A program made the position numbers and the translations under genes. From Lama guanicoe (lineage: Eukaryota), in NCBI GenBank assembly GCA_013239625.1, contig MU054187.1, positions 1,673,964 through 1,737,963 on the forward strand: DNA of 64,000 nucleotides, given 5' to 3'. Within the stretch, counting starts at the first letter, position 1. Each line of letters begins with the position of its first letter. Positions 1 to 13,675 of the stretch are shown here, in pieces. The notes beneath the pieces are model-generated. The model was not told where the DNA came from. It saw only the letters and a list, made by a program, of their open reading frames with translations, and searched no databases.

Positions 1-159
1 TGCCGGCTGGGCTATTCATGCAACTCAATCTGCTGGCGGGGGTGGGGTGGTAGGTAATTTTCCCATTTTTCAAGAAGGAAGGAATATGAGTGTGAAAACT
101 CTCACTGCTAGGTATTTGAACTAGAAGGTAAGGGGGCTATTTTCAAAATTCCGGTTTCT

Positions 160-975
160 GAAAGAGATTGTGTAAAATTGGTGTTAAATATTCTTTAAAC
201 CAAAGTCTGGTAGGATTCTTTAGTGGAACCATCGGGGCCTGGAGATTTCTTTTCTCGGAGGTTTTTAATTTAAAATTCAACTTACTTAGTGATTATAGGG
301 CTATCCAAACTTTCTAGTTCGTACTGGGTGAGTTGTAGTAGTTTCAGTTGAGTTGTCAGACTTACGTGTGTAGAATTCCTTCGTACTCCTTTGGCGTTGT
401 TTCCGTGCATCCGGGATCTGTACCGACGTCCCGCTCTCCTTCCTGATGCTGGTAATTTGTATCTTCCCTCTTTTTCCTTTGTTAGTCTCCCCAGAGGTTT
501 GTCCATTTTATTGATCTTTACAAGAAAACAATTTTTGTTTCATTCGTTTTCTCTATTTTTTGGTCTTTGATTTCATTCATTTCTGCCTCTGTCTTCATCA
601 ACACCTTCCGCTTCGTTTGGATTTATTTTGCTATTTTCCTCGTACTTTGAGGAGACGGCTTAGATAATTTTTTTGGAACTTTCCTCTTTTCTAATGTAAG
701 CGCTGTAATGCTATGAATTTTCCTTTTAGTGCTGCTTTGACTGTGTCCCACAAATTTTGATAAATTATGGGGGTTTTTTTCCATTCAGTTTAATGTGCTT
801 TCTATTGCCCTTGGGGTTTCCCTCCTAATTTATGGACTGTTTGGAAGTGTATTTTTTAATTTCAAAGTTTGGAGGTTTTCCCTGTTATCTTTCTGTTACT
901 GATTTCTAGTTTGATTCCATTGTACTCAAAGAGCATAGTCTGTATGACTTCTTTTAAATTTGTATAATACATTCT
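160..975 (-). mobile_element. Old LINE-1 (L1M-type) ORF2 fragment, decayed
   Basis: T-rich antisense L1 text (e.g. 'gtggaaccatcggggcctggagatttc', 'gctttgactgtgtcccacaaattttgataa', 'ttactgatttctagtttgattccattgt'); minus ORF 282-506 begins DKPLGRLTKEKE, resembling L1 ORF2 IDKPLARLxKKK. Confidence 0.8.
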
Positions 976-976
976 G

Positions 977-2060
977 GGGCAAAATCTCTGTCACTGCGTG
1001 GTTCTGTGAAACTAGAAAACAAGTTATCTTCTCCCAAAATAGAATGGTGGGCAGGTCTAGGGTACCCCATTACTGACTTTCCACTTGCAAAAGGGAGAAA
1101 ATGGAAGGGAAAAAGGAGTTACTGGTCACAAGCAATTTAGAAATCCAAATGGCAAACTCCCAAGGTTTCAGGGCCTGGGGATAATCATCTGGGCTCACAG
1201 ATTCACCCTCCACATTCCTGATCTGTCCTCTGGGCTTGTAGTTCTGCCCTCTGGGTTCCTGGCTCCTTAGCTGGAAGTGTCCTTCCTCTCTTTATGAAAG
1301 GTAGCAGGTATTTGCAACTGAGTGCTTTTGTCAGCCTGTTTCCTGCCTGTAGAATTGGGAGTCTGACATCCTTGGCCTCCTTCTGTCAGTTTGTTCTGTC
1401 TTGATCATTCCAGTTCAGTTCTGTGTTTCTGCCAAGAACCTGGTGAGTCTCCCATGGGTGTCTTAGGGATTCACTGCATTGGATAAGAGGATTCTCTACA
1501 GATCAGTCCTGAGTAATCCCATTTCTTTCTTTCTTCTCTTTCTCTCTTTCTCTTTCTTTCTTTCTTATTGAAGTACCATCAGTGATAATGTGTCCAGCAG
1601 TTACATTGTGTACAGCACAATGTCCCAGTCATGCATGTACATACATATATTTGGTTTCATATTTTTTTTCATTAAAGGTCTGGATAATCCCATTCCTATT
1701 CCATGCTCATGCCTAGGTGGCTCAGGATGTCTGTGGGTCCAATATCCACTGCCTTCAAAAAGCCCCCTGTGTGCTTGAGCGCTCCGACCTTCGGTCCCTG
1801 CTGACGCACACCTGAGGGGTGCGCAGCTGCACTCTCGGCCTGCCCTCGGGGAGTGCCTTCCTGGCGGTCAGTCCCTTCACTTCAGCGTCTTTTGCAATCT
1901 GAACAGAATGAGTTTCCCAAACCAGCAAGCCCAGGCGCCTTTCTGTTCAACGGCTCTTCCTTCAGTTGATCTCTTCCCTCGCGTTTTACTTCTGAGCGCC
2001 AAGAGGAAACCAGGCCTCACGTTCCACACCTCCTTGAACCTCTCCTCAGCTACATCTAAG
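977..2060. mobile_element. MaLR (MLT1-type) internal-region fragment, interrupted by an L1 tail
   Basis: 'cttgcaaaagggagaaaatggaaggg...gtcacaagcaatttagaaatccaaatggcaaac...ggataatc' resembles the MLT-internal consensus as I recall it. Confidence 0.5.
1524..1679 (-). mobile_element. Short 5'-truncated L1 3' end with (TTTC)/(TC) tail
   Basis: 'ttattgaagtaccatcagt...gtacagcacaatgtcccagtcatgcatgtacatac' is an artiodactyl-type L1 tail in antisense; flanked by imperfect target-site duplication ctgagtaatcccatt (1509-1523) / ctggataatcccatt (1680-1694). Confidence 0.75.
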
Positions 2061-2467
2061 GACCCGCTCCTTTGACCAAACTGTAGTCAGGCTCCTCTGC
2101 ACCCTCTTTTTGACTAGATCTTGCCCCCGGGCCCTGTCCTTAGCTCACTTAGTCCAGTTTTAGCAAGAATCCTGCTGACTCCATTTGGTGAAAATTCCTA
2201 CCCTTGATATCTGATCAGATTCCTTATTCTGACGCTTCCCCCGCTGCCTTTGGTAGAAATCCTGTCGGGCCAGTTTGGCCAGGATCCCCCTACCCTGATG
2301 GCTCCTCATAGTAATTTTCCATCCGCTGCCCCCACCCTGCTCCTTGGCCATCCTGTGCTCGTGGGCGGTGAGCTGAATTTCTGTCTCCTACAGACCCCAC
2401 TGTCGTGGTCCCTGAGGGAGGTCAGCCTCACCGGCCTTGACGAGGGTCATGAAATTCTTCTTCAACA
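2060..2467. mobile_element. ERV1-class LTR (subfamily not assigned)
   Basis: 'tttgaccaaactgtagtcaggctcctctg...ttagtccagttttagcaagaatcctgct...cccttgatatctgatcag' matches a eutherian ERV1 LTR motif as I recall it; ends ...ttcttcaaca. Confidence 0.6.
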
Positions 2468-2809
2468 GTGTCTGAGTTCAGCACTTACAAGTTCTGCTTT
2501 CCACCTAAAAATAAGAAACTGCCAGTACGTAACAAGGGTCCCCTTCCTCCGCGAGTTCCAGGCACTCTTCCCCGTCTCCTGCCGAGCGCTCATGGCAGCG
2601 CCCTTGATGTCGTTGCCTGCATGAGACGTCTGTTCCTGATGACTCATGTGCTCTCCAAGACCAGATGGTTGCGCTTCTCACCTCCTTCTGGGTCCGCACG
2701 AGCGGAGCCATGACCAGCCACAATTCAGCTAACACTCTGTTCGAGACAATCTAAGGTTTTTCTGTTATTCTCCTCAAAATTCTCCTAGCCTCCATGCTTT
2801 GTCTCAGGT

Positions 2810-3048
2810 AGGACCTCTGTGTTGCAGTCTTGTGGCATTCTTCCTTCTCCTCTGGGAAATCTCAGCTGTTGTTCTTAAGGTTTTCAACTGACTAGATGAC
2901 GTCCCTCCCTTACTGGCAAGGATGCCATCCTTCACTTAAAGTCAACTGATCGTGGAAGTTAATCACCTCAACCTTCACAGCAACACCTAGACTAGTATCA
3001 GACCAGACAGCAGGGCACCACGGCTTAGCCAGGCTGACACAGAACACT
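2810..3048. mobile_element. MLT2-type (ERVL) LTR fragment
   Basis: 'ttcaactgactagatg...ttaaagtcaactgat...gttaatcac...ttcacagcaacacctagactagt...cttagccaggctgacaca' characteristic of MLT2. Confidence 0.75.
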
Positions 3049-3050
3049 GA

Positions 3051-3385
3051 TGCTGTAGACTGCATGCTTGTGACCCCCCAAGTTTGCGGGGCACACCCTA
3101 ATGCCCAGTGTGATGGCATTTGTCAGTGGAGCCTTTGGGAGGTGACTGGGTCATGAGGCAGGAACCTTCGTGAATGGGGCGCGTCCTCTTACAAGTGAGG
3201 CTCCAGAGAGTCCCGCTTCTGCCACGTGAGGACAGAGAGAAGCAGCCATCTGTGAACCAGGAAGCGGGTCCTGGCCTGACCCTGAGGGTGTCGGTGCCTT
3301 GATCCCAGGCGTCCCAGCCTCCAGAACTGTGAGAAATAAGCTTCTGCTGACCCGGGGCTCCAGCAGCTACGGATTCAGGCACAGA
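3051..3385 (+). mobile_element. MLT1A-type MaLR LTR
   Basis: 'tgctgtagactg...gcctttgggaggtgactgggtcatgagg...gccatctgtgaaccaggaagcgg...ccagcctccagaactgtgagaaataa'. Confidence 0.8.
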
Positions 3386-3451
3386 CTCTGGTGCCTGTGT
3401 ATAAAACTATGTTTTAAAATATTTTTTGATTTAAGAAACACCATTGTTTCC

Positions 3452-3900
3452 TGTGAATGAAAAATATGGCCCACCACACCAGTAAACAAAGGATGTTGCG
3501 GCGTCGGCCATCACTTCGCAGCCCCCCACCCCCAACAGCGAGCCCTGAGGGAACTCAGGATGGAAACCGGATGCCCGCCATCAAGCCCGCAGCCTCTGCA
3601 GCCCCCTGGCAGGGCACCCCAGGGCCTCGGGGTGCGGCAGCCCTAGGCCCTAGACAGCCAGGTGCAGATCACAGGGATGGTCTCAGTGAGCCCAGACCTG
3701 TGCACCTTCCCATGCACAGAAAAGCACTGAATTCCTTAACTTGGGATGTCTGGTTTTCTTTAATTAACGGCCATCTTTTGATGGTCCTTCTACCTGGTCT
3801 TTGTTGCAAAGACTCCCACATCTCTTGGCCCCTCCCTGACCTCTTCAGAGGGGTCCGTTAGAGCCATCCTGGGAGGCTGTCTCTCAGCGTCCAGGTCATA
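3452..3900 (+). mobile_element. Solo ERV LTR, cetartiodactyl-type
   Basis: Starts TGTGAATGAAAAATATGGC; contains 'cagtaaacaaaggatgttgc', 'gagcccagac...cttcccatgcacagaaaagcact'; a related copy starts at 48061. Confidence 0.7.
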
Positions 3901-5509
3901 TGTCTTCTTTCCGGTCGGCAGTCCCAAACACAGGTGGCCTTGTCAGCTCGGATTTTTGTAGAATTTCATGTTTGAAATACTCAGAGGAGTTAGCCTTTTG
4001 CCTCGGCCTTCTCTTGAGCACAAAAACCTCTTGGGTTAAAAACGCTCGTTCTGCCGACCGCTGGGCTCCCAGGTTCAGGGCCATTACCGCGCGATGGAGG
4101 CGCCCCTGCCCCAGCCCTCCCGGGCCGGGCTCACCGTCGGCGTCAGAGGGCGTGGCTCACCTGCTGTGGGCTTCCGCGCACCAGAACGCACTTAGGTTCA
4201 CCGCCAGGTCCTCCCAGTCCAGGCGTTTACTTGTAAGGATCCCTGGAAAGGTTTATTTTAATTTACATTTTAAAATTGTATCAAAGTCATGGGTGTCATG
4301 GTTAATAAAGACCAATCTTGCTGTAGAATTTAAAACAAAACCAACAGCTCCTTCACCCACACCCCCTTACCCCTGGGCCATCGCCCCAGGGGGCACTGCT
4401 CTTAATCATTCCTTTTACAATTCCCATGGCGCTCATTTCTTATTCTAAAATTACATGTAAGGGGCTTGACTACCGCGTTCAGAGGTTATCATCCTCTTCC
4501 AAGAATGGACGTGGAAATGGTTCACTTGCTTCTCCGTAGCCGCTCTCCTGTCTTTACTCCTTTGAGTTGATTTCTCTGCCATGGCTCTGTCTTTGGAACA
4601 CCCTGCATGAGCCCAGCATCCTGTCCTGTGCAGCACAGCCTCCCTCTCCCGGCTCCCATGTCCCTTCCACTGTCTCCTCACCTCGTCTCTTCCCAGCTTC
4701 CAAGCTCTGTGACCTCTGAAGGTCACCGTCATATTTATTATTTGTAATAAAATTATAATTAAACTAGAAGGGTTCTTCAACCTGGGACTTTATAGGCTGT
4801 AAAAGGATTTAATGAGAAAAATTTCTAGAGAACCAGGATTGTGTGGTTTATAGTTCAGGCATGCACACTTTTATACAACAAACTTTGCAAACTGTCTATT
4901 AATGTCCTTAAACTGGCTCTCTTAAGCTAGCTTTGAATCTTTCTTCATTTAGAACTGGTGGAAACTTCAGCCAGCTAGGTTCATCTGTCTCAGGACTTCC
5001 TTCTCTTGCCGTGTGGGTCCAGTGAACCTTCCTCCTGGTCTTTATTTCGTGTGTGTCTGCACCGAATGCTGCCCCTTCCGTGAGGCTGAAGCTCCAGTGA
5101 CTGAACCAGCACGCTCGCATTTGTAACTGGGGAGACAGAGCGGTTACGCTTGCTGCTCGCGGTCTCCCAGTCTGGGATGGAATCCGGATTTTGCTCTGAA
5201 GCCCATCACTCCTCCATCCCGGTGCTTCCCAAGCTCTAGCTGCGTCAGGGTCATCTGGACAGCAGCTGGGACCCCAGCTTGCTCCCCCTCCAGGGCGTGC
5301 CCAGCCACTGGTCTGAGGGCCATCCTCAGCTCCCTAAGTCCTCTGTGCTCTGCTTGGCGTGTGAAGCTGGGATGCACTCGTGCCATGAGCTTTGTGGGCG
5401 GAAAAGGGTAAGCGTCCCCCGCAGGTTGAGTTTGAGGTGTGACAGAATACACCCATAGTTCTCGGACTCTAATGCGCGTGAGACTCATGTGGAAAACTTG
5501 TTACAGCTG

Positions 5510-5565
5510 TGACCGCGGGCTCTGTCCCCAGACCCTCTGACCGCCGGGCTCTGTCCCCAGACCCT
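5510..5565. repeat. Two-copy tandem duplication (~28 bp)
   Basis: tgaccgcgggctctgtccccagaccct (5510-5536) and tgaccgccgggctctgtccccagaccct (5538-5565). Confidence 0.9.
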
Positions 5566-7187
5566 GGTGTGGTCGGTCTGGTGGGCACGTGAACGTGCGC
5601 TTCTAACAAGCTCACAGGGTCCTCCTGTGAGACCAGCACTCAGGGCAGACCCACGCGTCCCTCTTGCTTTGTGCCTATATTCCTACAGCTGCAAGCACTG
5701 AACGAAACTGTTTTCCTATTTAACTATTTACTACTCTTACGTAATTTCCTCCAAAGAAGCATGGCATATAGCGTCCTCTTCTCTCCGGGTTTATGAAGCA
5801 GGTGCGTCCAGGACTCAGCCAAAGGGGGCTTGAGCCACCAGGTCCACCTTGTCCATCTCAAATGCACCTTCCCCTTTGTCCCAGCACGGAGCCCAAGCAT
5901 TTCGCCTTCCTCCTGTCAGAGGACAAGCACCTGCCCGCTGGGGCACATGGTTAACACTCTGAGATGGCCTTTTTGCTGTCTTCTGTGAGTCTTGATCCCA
6001 GTTCTAAGCCTGCCTGGTGTAAACAAGGAAGAGAGGGCGTGGCTGGTGACACGGGTCTGCGGGCACTTGAGGTACCTGTTCTCTGTGACCAGCAGTCGCC
6101 TTTTACCAAGATGTATACTGAATGCGCATGCCCCCTGGCCAAAACCATACCCAAGCTAACCTCCCTCCGGACGTCCCTGGGGCAGCTTTTCAGAGCTGCG
6201 GGTCTCAGCAAGACCCTGCATATAGCTTAACTCACAGCTCTTAGGTTATGTGTTTTCCTCTCAGTCGGCACTTGTACGTCCAAGTGAGGCCTGAGATCAA
6301 GACCCTGTTCATCACGCATCTTTTAGGACCTCATCCCGTCAGGATTCCCGGCCGCCCACTCAGGCCTGTGAAAACACGCGTGTAAATGCAGATTAGGAGT
6401 TGCCTTTGGGACCCTAATGAAACTGGGAAGGAACGAGTAGACAGAAAAAGTGTTTCACATTTTGCACACAGAGTTAGATGAATAAGATGACGTCATTCCT
6501 TTTTTTACAACCTCAAATTAAAACTTGAACGACAGGGCTCATAAACCTAGCTGAAATAAGATGACGGATACAATGTCTACTATGATCTGGTTTTGGCAGA
6601 GAGCTCAGAAGAGGAAGAACTGGAAGGTGGGCGTCAAGGATGGTCAGGCCCTCAAGGCCGCGCTCGAGCACATCACCAGGAATGTCAGAGGCTGCGGGTG
6701 AGCTGAGGGAAGAACGGGGGTTTGCTGTGACCGCTCCCCGCCACTCCAGGGAGCCAGAGGAGGAGGGCTCAGCGACGTGGGGACCTGTGGGCTCCTGGGA
6801 CTCGGGGGTGGGGGTGGGGGGTGTGGATAACGGGACTGCTGGGCCTGTTCCTTCAGCAAAAGGACACAGGTGTCACTGGGGCTGGTGTGACCGTCAGCGC
6901 TGCCCCCTCCAGCAAAGTGAGCTGAGATGTGGCCTCACACGCCCAGGCCTCTGCTCCCTTATCTGTGCAACAGAGCACAGAGGACCCACGTCCAGACCGT
7001 CCTGAGGATGTCCCCACGTTCGAGAAAACGTGCCTGACACACGGCAGTGCTGTGCGCGTTTGAGTCTTGCTAGTTAATTCTTGAGGCCAGCGGTGGTTTT
7101 TGTCCCTGCAGAAGCATCAGACAGCCGAGTACACGGGCCTCCCTGACTCCGACGGCTCATTCAGGGCACGTTTCAGAAATGGCGTTC

Positions 7188-7316
7188 TTTTTGCGGGGTT
7201 AGGGGGGTAATTAGGTTTGTTTGTTTGTTTGTTTGAATGGAGGGACTGGGTTGAACCCAGGACCCCATGTGTGCTAAGCGTGCACTCCACCGCTGAGCTG
7301 TACACCCCCCCCCCCA
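7188..7316 (-). mobile_element. tRNA-derived camelid SINE (Vic-1 type), probably inside a MER5-like DNA transposon remnant
   Basis: Reverse complement reads ggggtgtacagctcagcggtggagtgcacgcttagcacacatggggtcctgggttcaacccagt, then (AAAC)n and 'cctaattacccccc'; imperfect TSD gaaatggcgttc / gaaatggtattc. Confidence 0.85.
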
Positions 7317-7889
7317 CCGTGCCAGGAAATGGTATTCGTGATGCGCACCTCAGGTGACTCCAGTGCAGGCGGTGTGAGGATCACTCTTGAGGAAACAGGG
7401 GTCTCTCCCCTTATTCAACTTCAGTCAGACTCATAACCTGTGAAAAACGCTGTGATTTAAGTGAATAAACTGCTGGAGGTTTTCCCTCCTTTGTAATTTT
7501 AATGCCAGGAGAATAAAGGATTTAGTAACTGTTAAGCTGGATTTTTATGCAGAATGTTCTCTGAGTAGGAGCAGATTCCTTTATTTAACATTTCTAACCT
7601 AATCCTTAATTTCACAGAAGAGTCCTTCACTCTTTTTGGTTTTGTAAACTATTGAGAAGCAATTGAGTGATAAAAAGCAACTGCGGTGTATTCTGAGGAG
7701 CGTTTGTCTGGGTCTATGCAGTGAGTCAAATTTTGGACCTCGGGGTTCTGTTCAAGCTTTTGCAGAAAGGCACCGTGGAAGACAGTCCAACTATGTTTTA
7801 ACTGGTTATATCAACACGAAAAAAATTCATGGTGGATCATGCTGTTAAAACAAACGTTTTTAGCCATAAGTTATATGAAAGTGTACAAA

Positions 7890-7908
7890 AGTGTGTGTGT
7901 GTGTGTGT
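7890..7908. repeat. (GT)n microsatellite
   Basis: Direct reading. Confidence 0.9.
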
Positions 7909-9018
7909 TGAGTTAATAAATATGGGAGTGTTTTGTGGGCAAATTTACCTGAGACAATTTATAACTTTGTCCTTAAGTAAGTATTAGAAAATGGTTCCGA
8001 TTAGACACTTTAAAAAAAACAAAACAGTGCCATAAATAAATGTTACATCTCACAGAAATCACAGTTTTTCCAAAGATGAAAACGACAGGAAACAGGACTG
8101 TTGAATTCTAGGAAGTCGTTGTCTCTGCTGAGGACAATGGTCTTTTAAATTCCCACATTCCTTTCAAGTTGTGCCTTTTCAGATAAGCTGCGGGGACAGT
8201 AGGTGGTCATACACAGGGACCGCGGTTCTCTTACGGTCTTGTGAAAGCTCTGGCCTTTTCAAAATGCTCGAAGGCGCCATTCCAGCCTAGCACACCCCTT
8301 GCGTCTTCATTAAAAATACGAAGGAATATACTAATGAAAAAAAATCAACGTTTGTTTCCTTGAAGTATTTTTTTCCTAAAGAAAAGAAATGCCTTTTAGT
8401 TAAAAAAAAATCATCTTTCTGTCTCCCAATATAAAATAACTTCACATTTTCTTTTGTGCTAATAAGTGGAAGCACCCCTCCTGGTTAGAATGATTAATTC
8501 ATGGAGAGAACAGAGGGCAAGGGGTGTGTACGAAACACAGAGGCCAAGGGGGACCAGAGAGTCTCACTGCGTGGGAGACCGCAGAGAAGTTGCTACCACC
8601 CTTATTTACAATAATCTGAGGAGAGAGAGGAAAAAAACTCAGAAAATGCAGAGGAAGCGATGAGCGTGGGTGACAAGGCGACGTGCAATGGAACATCGTC
8701 AGGGCCGCGACTGTGTGGACCTGGTCGGTCTGGCTGTGAGAGCTCTTCTCAAATTAAAATTGCTGTGAAGACCACTCCGCCATCTGGAAGTGGGATGTTT
8801 CCAGCAGGTAACTTGAGTCACTGAAGGTGCCAGAGCTACCGTAACAGATACCTTGATGGCAGCCACAGAAATGGAGCCTGGGGCTAACTGCGCACGGACG
8901 GTTGAGTCAGGCAGGCCCTAAAGTGCCTCCACCTTAATGAACTAAATAAGAATTTATAACCATGTAGAGTTAACTTACTTAGTATATATTAAGAGAGACA
9001 ATGTGCAGACAACACAGT

Positions 9019-9040
9019 ACACACACACACACACACACAC
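9019..9040. repeat. (AC)n microsatellite
   Basis: Direct reading. Confidence 0.9.
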
Positions 9041-12000
9041 GTGCAGGATGGGATATACTTTGTTACTTTATAATAACTAGCTACAATTAATAATACATCT
9101 TATTGGTGAATACTGCCAACTTTCAAAAATCTATTTACTATTTCTGCATGGCTTCCTGCATTTCGCTCTTTACTTCAAGTAATACGTCTACTTTAGTTCA
9201 AAAGGATCCAGATTTTCCCAAGTATTGTTTGTCTGTATCACAAGCATATTTAACAGGAAATAGCACCCACTTTGCTGAGAGAACATGTAACCAAGCCACA
9301 TTTAGGAAAACGTGAAAACTCTGGCAGCATGGTTGCCAGGGAAGCTATTCTGGGGGAGGGAGAGCTACTTCATGGGAGGGGAACTGGGTTCCTTGGGCGG
9401 TGAAATCCCATCATTTCAGAAGGTCTTCAGGCTGGGGAGGTGGTGGGAAGGAAAGAAAAGCACCCACGGTTTAAAACTGAAATTGAAGGGTCCTTCTGAT
9501 CCTGGAATTGCTTGATAATAGTTTTTGATATTTATGCATAGTTCTTGCTCTGAAGTCCTGTTGGGGGTTTGTGGTGCCTTCTGTGTTTTGTTCCTTGTAC
9601 ATCAGTTGAAAACAGCAACTTTAAGTTTTTCAAAATTTCTAAAATGCGTTAGAATAAATTAATGTTCCAACTTATTCGACAGCCCCAGCAGATGATCTGA
9701 CAGTGGGAACAGGGGAGACGTCGTGTCCCCCTGAAAGGCGAGCAGTGTGGCCCCGCCCAGCCCCGAGCAGCCAGCACCTCTGGGTCCCACCGGCTCCAGA
9801 GAACCACGCGTTCTTACGGGTTTAGATTTTCTACTTAAGTCTCAGCCGTAATTTAAAAATCACGTGCCATTCTGTGTTATTCCGTGTCTTGAAGTTGAAC
9901 AACACTCCTGTTCTCTATCCATCGGGAAGCTCTGTGTCAGCTGCGGGCTGAGACAGTTTCAGAGATGAGCACGGCCCCGGGCTCTCTGTTTAAACATGGG
10001 CCACCTAGCTGGGCTGCAGGCACGCGGCTGGGCAGAGAGTTAGCAGTAAAAATATTCTAATGGGAGTCAGGTCACAGACACTGGGGTGAGCTGCGGGCCA
10101 GCCGACTCCCCAGGCGTGGGCCTTTGTATGCCCGCGCGCCCCTTGTTTGCTTTGGCTCTGCCCTCAGAGTGAGGCTCCCCCGCTGTGTGTCAGGGTCCGA
10201 GGGGAGCGGGGCTGGGATGACCTAGCTGACTGTAGACAGCCCGGCTCGGCTGCAGGTTGACCAGCACCTGTCTGCGGTCGTGTTTTCGGATCCCCGCGCG
10301 GCACGACTCCCTGCGTGACCTTGAGTAAGTCATTCTTTTTTCATCTCCACACTCCCCTTCCATTCTGACCTCCTCCGCGGCTCAGCCATGCAGCGAGCTC
10401 TCCTGGCTTTTGTTCTCGAGGTTGAACAGGCTATTTCTAGAACTCACTTTGTCAGAGAATCCAGCCTAACCTGCAGTGGGTTCTGTCATGCTCGGCAGCA
10501 GCTCCAGGAACCACGCTCTCAGGAGGAATTAAATTCAGAATTCACAATCATTAATCAGACACTTTTCTCTGTCCCTTTTTCTCTCCCCAACCTCATCCTT
10601 TTTCTTACCATCTTAAAATATTATGTAGTATCGTAAATATATTTTGAAGCTGGATTTTTTACATTCTTCCGTGTAAGGTCGCTCAGGACACTCTGTTGAT
10701 TAGCAAATTAATTTTGTTCCGTGTTAATCTGGTACAAGTTATTAAAATTTTATTGCCAATAATTTCCAAAGAGAGTTTTAATTAACAAGCATTTAGTGTT
10801 CGGCCTGAGGACACCCCGGGCTGGACTGCAATTTCCCCTGTTTAAGTGGCATCTCAGCGCCCACCAGCACCTTCTGGGAGTGCTGGAAGGGCCACGTTAC
10901 GTGGTGAGTGAAGGATGGCCGCGGGGATGCAGCGTGTTCAGACTGAGTTTGCGGAGGTCAGTGTCCTCAGTGGCGCTGGTCAGGCTTAGCGCTGGTGCCC
11001 GTCAGGGGGTTAACTGGTTACTGCCGCCTCACGCCTGGCGTACACCCGGGACCTGGGGTTTATGCGGCATTTCCAAGCAGCACTCCAGGCTCCCACGGGC
11101 GAGTTTTCTCGCTTTCCGGCCCCTGAGGGCTCTTCACGCAACTTCTCTTGTGATTTAGGGTTAAATGGACATTGGAAGCTCTGACTCTTCAAGGGCTGCT
11201 TTGGAGGGTGAGAAGGGCTTCCCCCCAGGCAGCCAGTTTGGTCAAAGAGCCAGAATGCTGGGCACATTCCACGTGCCCTGCCTGGGAGTCGCCCTTGAGC
11301 TCCGGTTCCTCCTTTTGGCGAATGATTCAGTGGTGGGAAGCACCGTAGCCCACACCCCTCCTCACCCCAGATGGTTGCTCCAGCCACCTAACGCGGCCCG
11401 CACAGCGCGAGCAGCAGCCCAGCGTTCCAGCTGCACGCTCCCAGAGCAGGCGGCTACCGCACGACTTCGGAGCTCTTCCCTGCGCTGCGTGCTCGAGTTC
11501 ACTTGTCTGTCTGCTTGCTCCTTTGTTCACTTCCTTCACGTGCAGTGACCGTCGGACGCGTCTGTCAGACGGAAGACTTTTAGGTCTTTCCACCGGGTTA
11601 CAGTACTTCCGTACATTGTATTGATCGTATAAAGTCCATTCCTTCTGTGTTCCACTTTCCCATTTCAACTGGCTCATTTAAGATGTCAGATCCCCTGGAA
11701 GGAACTCAGAAGCGAAGCGTCCACTGCTTTCACGCACCCGGAAGGACACTGGTGGCTCAGGTCTGCCTGCTGCGGGCCGCGGGTTCAGGGTGTGATGGGA
11801 GAGACAGCCGCCAGGCTCTGCCTCTCGCTGGGCTGCAGGGTGTCTCCCCCACGTTTCCACACAGATTTCACAAGGCAGGAGGAACCTAGCCTGGGCCTGT
11901 CTGACCACCTCCTAGGGAGAGGCGTCCCGCAGGAGCCGTTAAGAGCAAAACCTAAACCAAACCAACCACAGAACAAGGAGGGAGGCGAGCCAGAGACACA

Positions 12001-13249
12001 GAGGTGACTGATGCCAGCCGTGCCATCGAGGTAATTACTGAGGGGGAAGAAGTCTCCTGCGGTGCCCGAGCTCAGAGCCGTGGACAGCCGAGGACAGCCG
12101 TGGGCAGGGTGTCCGTGGGATTCCTGCCTGGAGGCAACGGGCCACGAGTCTCTTGCAATCTGTAGAAATCTCAGAACTTCTAGCTTTTATTCTAATTCAG
12201 AGAAGACTGACCCAAAATAATGACCCAAAATTAAATAGGAAATTGGACTAGAACTTGTTGACTTGGAAATCTGTGTCTGCCCCATGTTTTCCTGAGCTCC
12301 AGACGCATATATCCTACTGTTCATTGGAAGAAAGCAAAGCCTTCATGTTTCCTTGAACCCACTTTTCTTTCTGTGAGAGACATAGAGATACATTATTGCC
12401 TTGCTCACCCGCCTGGTTATGAATTTATAGATGTATCTTTGGTGCCCAGTATAAACTAAAAATTCAATCAATATTTACTAAACGAAGCTGATCCTGATCC
12501 TGAAAGTCCAGGCCACGCCTAATCCTTTTACATTTAGCATTTCCTAAGGACAAGAAATCAGAAGGCATTCTAAATTTTTTTTTCTTTAAGAAAGTGCTTT
12601 TCAAACATTTTGTCCAATATTGTAAGACTCCTAAACCAATTGCAGCTCTGTCTGTTGGGGACGCCTTCACCCAGTGAAGAAAACTGCAGGCGGTGGAGGG
12701 AGGGAGGGGCAGGGCGGCCGGTGCCACTGGAGAACTTCCTGGAGAGGAGGTGGAGGGAAGACCAGGGAGCTGGGACAGTGTCTGTGCCACTGCGGATGGG
12801 GGCGGGGGGGGGGTGGGTTAGCACCCAGGGAGGGCGCCCAGGTGACTCCTGCGTGCCTCTGTAGGGCAGGGAAGGCTGTGGCTGGGGGCGGGGTGGGGCC
12901 ACAGGGTGCCCTTGGAGGGGAAGCCGGGTCAGGCTCCTGATGCTCGGAGGGCACCTCGCCTTCAGTGGGCTCCTGCCGGGTCCCCTCCTTCTCAGCGCCC
13001 AGGCTCTGCTGCCACCCCCCACCCCGCCCTCAAGCCACCCGTCCACTCGCTGGGGCTCCCTGGGGGCCTGCGTAGCACGAGGTGCCCGAACGGGGTTGCT
13101 CAGACCCCCTCCCCCAGTCCCAGAGCTGGGACCCAGAGCCCGTGCGACTCTGTGCGCCTGCTACTTCCTCTGCTTCTCTGCTCTGAAGTGTAAGTCCGTG
13201 GTGGCCATTTTGTGATACGTAGAAATATGGAAGCACGACGCTGTGCACC

Positions 13250-13675
13250 AGGAACTCACCTCGTGCCGTAGGTCATTGCACTTCAGAAACAAACGGACAG
13301 ACTCAGAAAAAATGACCAGGTCTGTGGTTACCAGAGGTGGGGGCAGAGGAGTTGGATGAAGGTGGTTAAAAGGTACAGACTTCCAGTACGAAGATAAAGA
13401 AGAACGAGGGGTGTTACCACAGCAGGGCTGATGTAACTGGCGCTGCCTTATGTTGCAGACAGAAGTGGCTGAGACAGTGTATCCTAAGAGTTCTCACTGC
13501 AAGGAGAAAATATGTACTTTCTTTTTCTTTTGTTTTGTATCTGAGATGTTGGGTGTTCACTAAACTTACCGTGGTCATTTCACGACACACGTAAGTCAAA
13601 TCCTTACACCGTACACCTTAAACGTGTGCAGTGCTGTATGCCAATTACATCTCAGTAAAACTGGGAGGAAAAAAT
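13250..13675 (+). mobile_element. L1 3' UTR fragment
   Basis: 'gtggttaccagaggtggggg...aaggtacagacttccagt...taagagttctcac...gtacaccttaaacgtgtgcagtgctgtatgccaattacatctcagtaaaactgg' followed by A-rich end. Confidence 0.8.
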
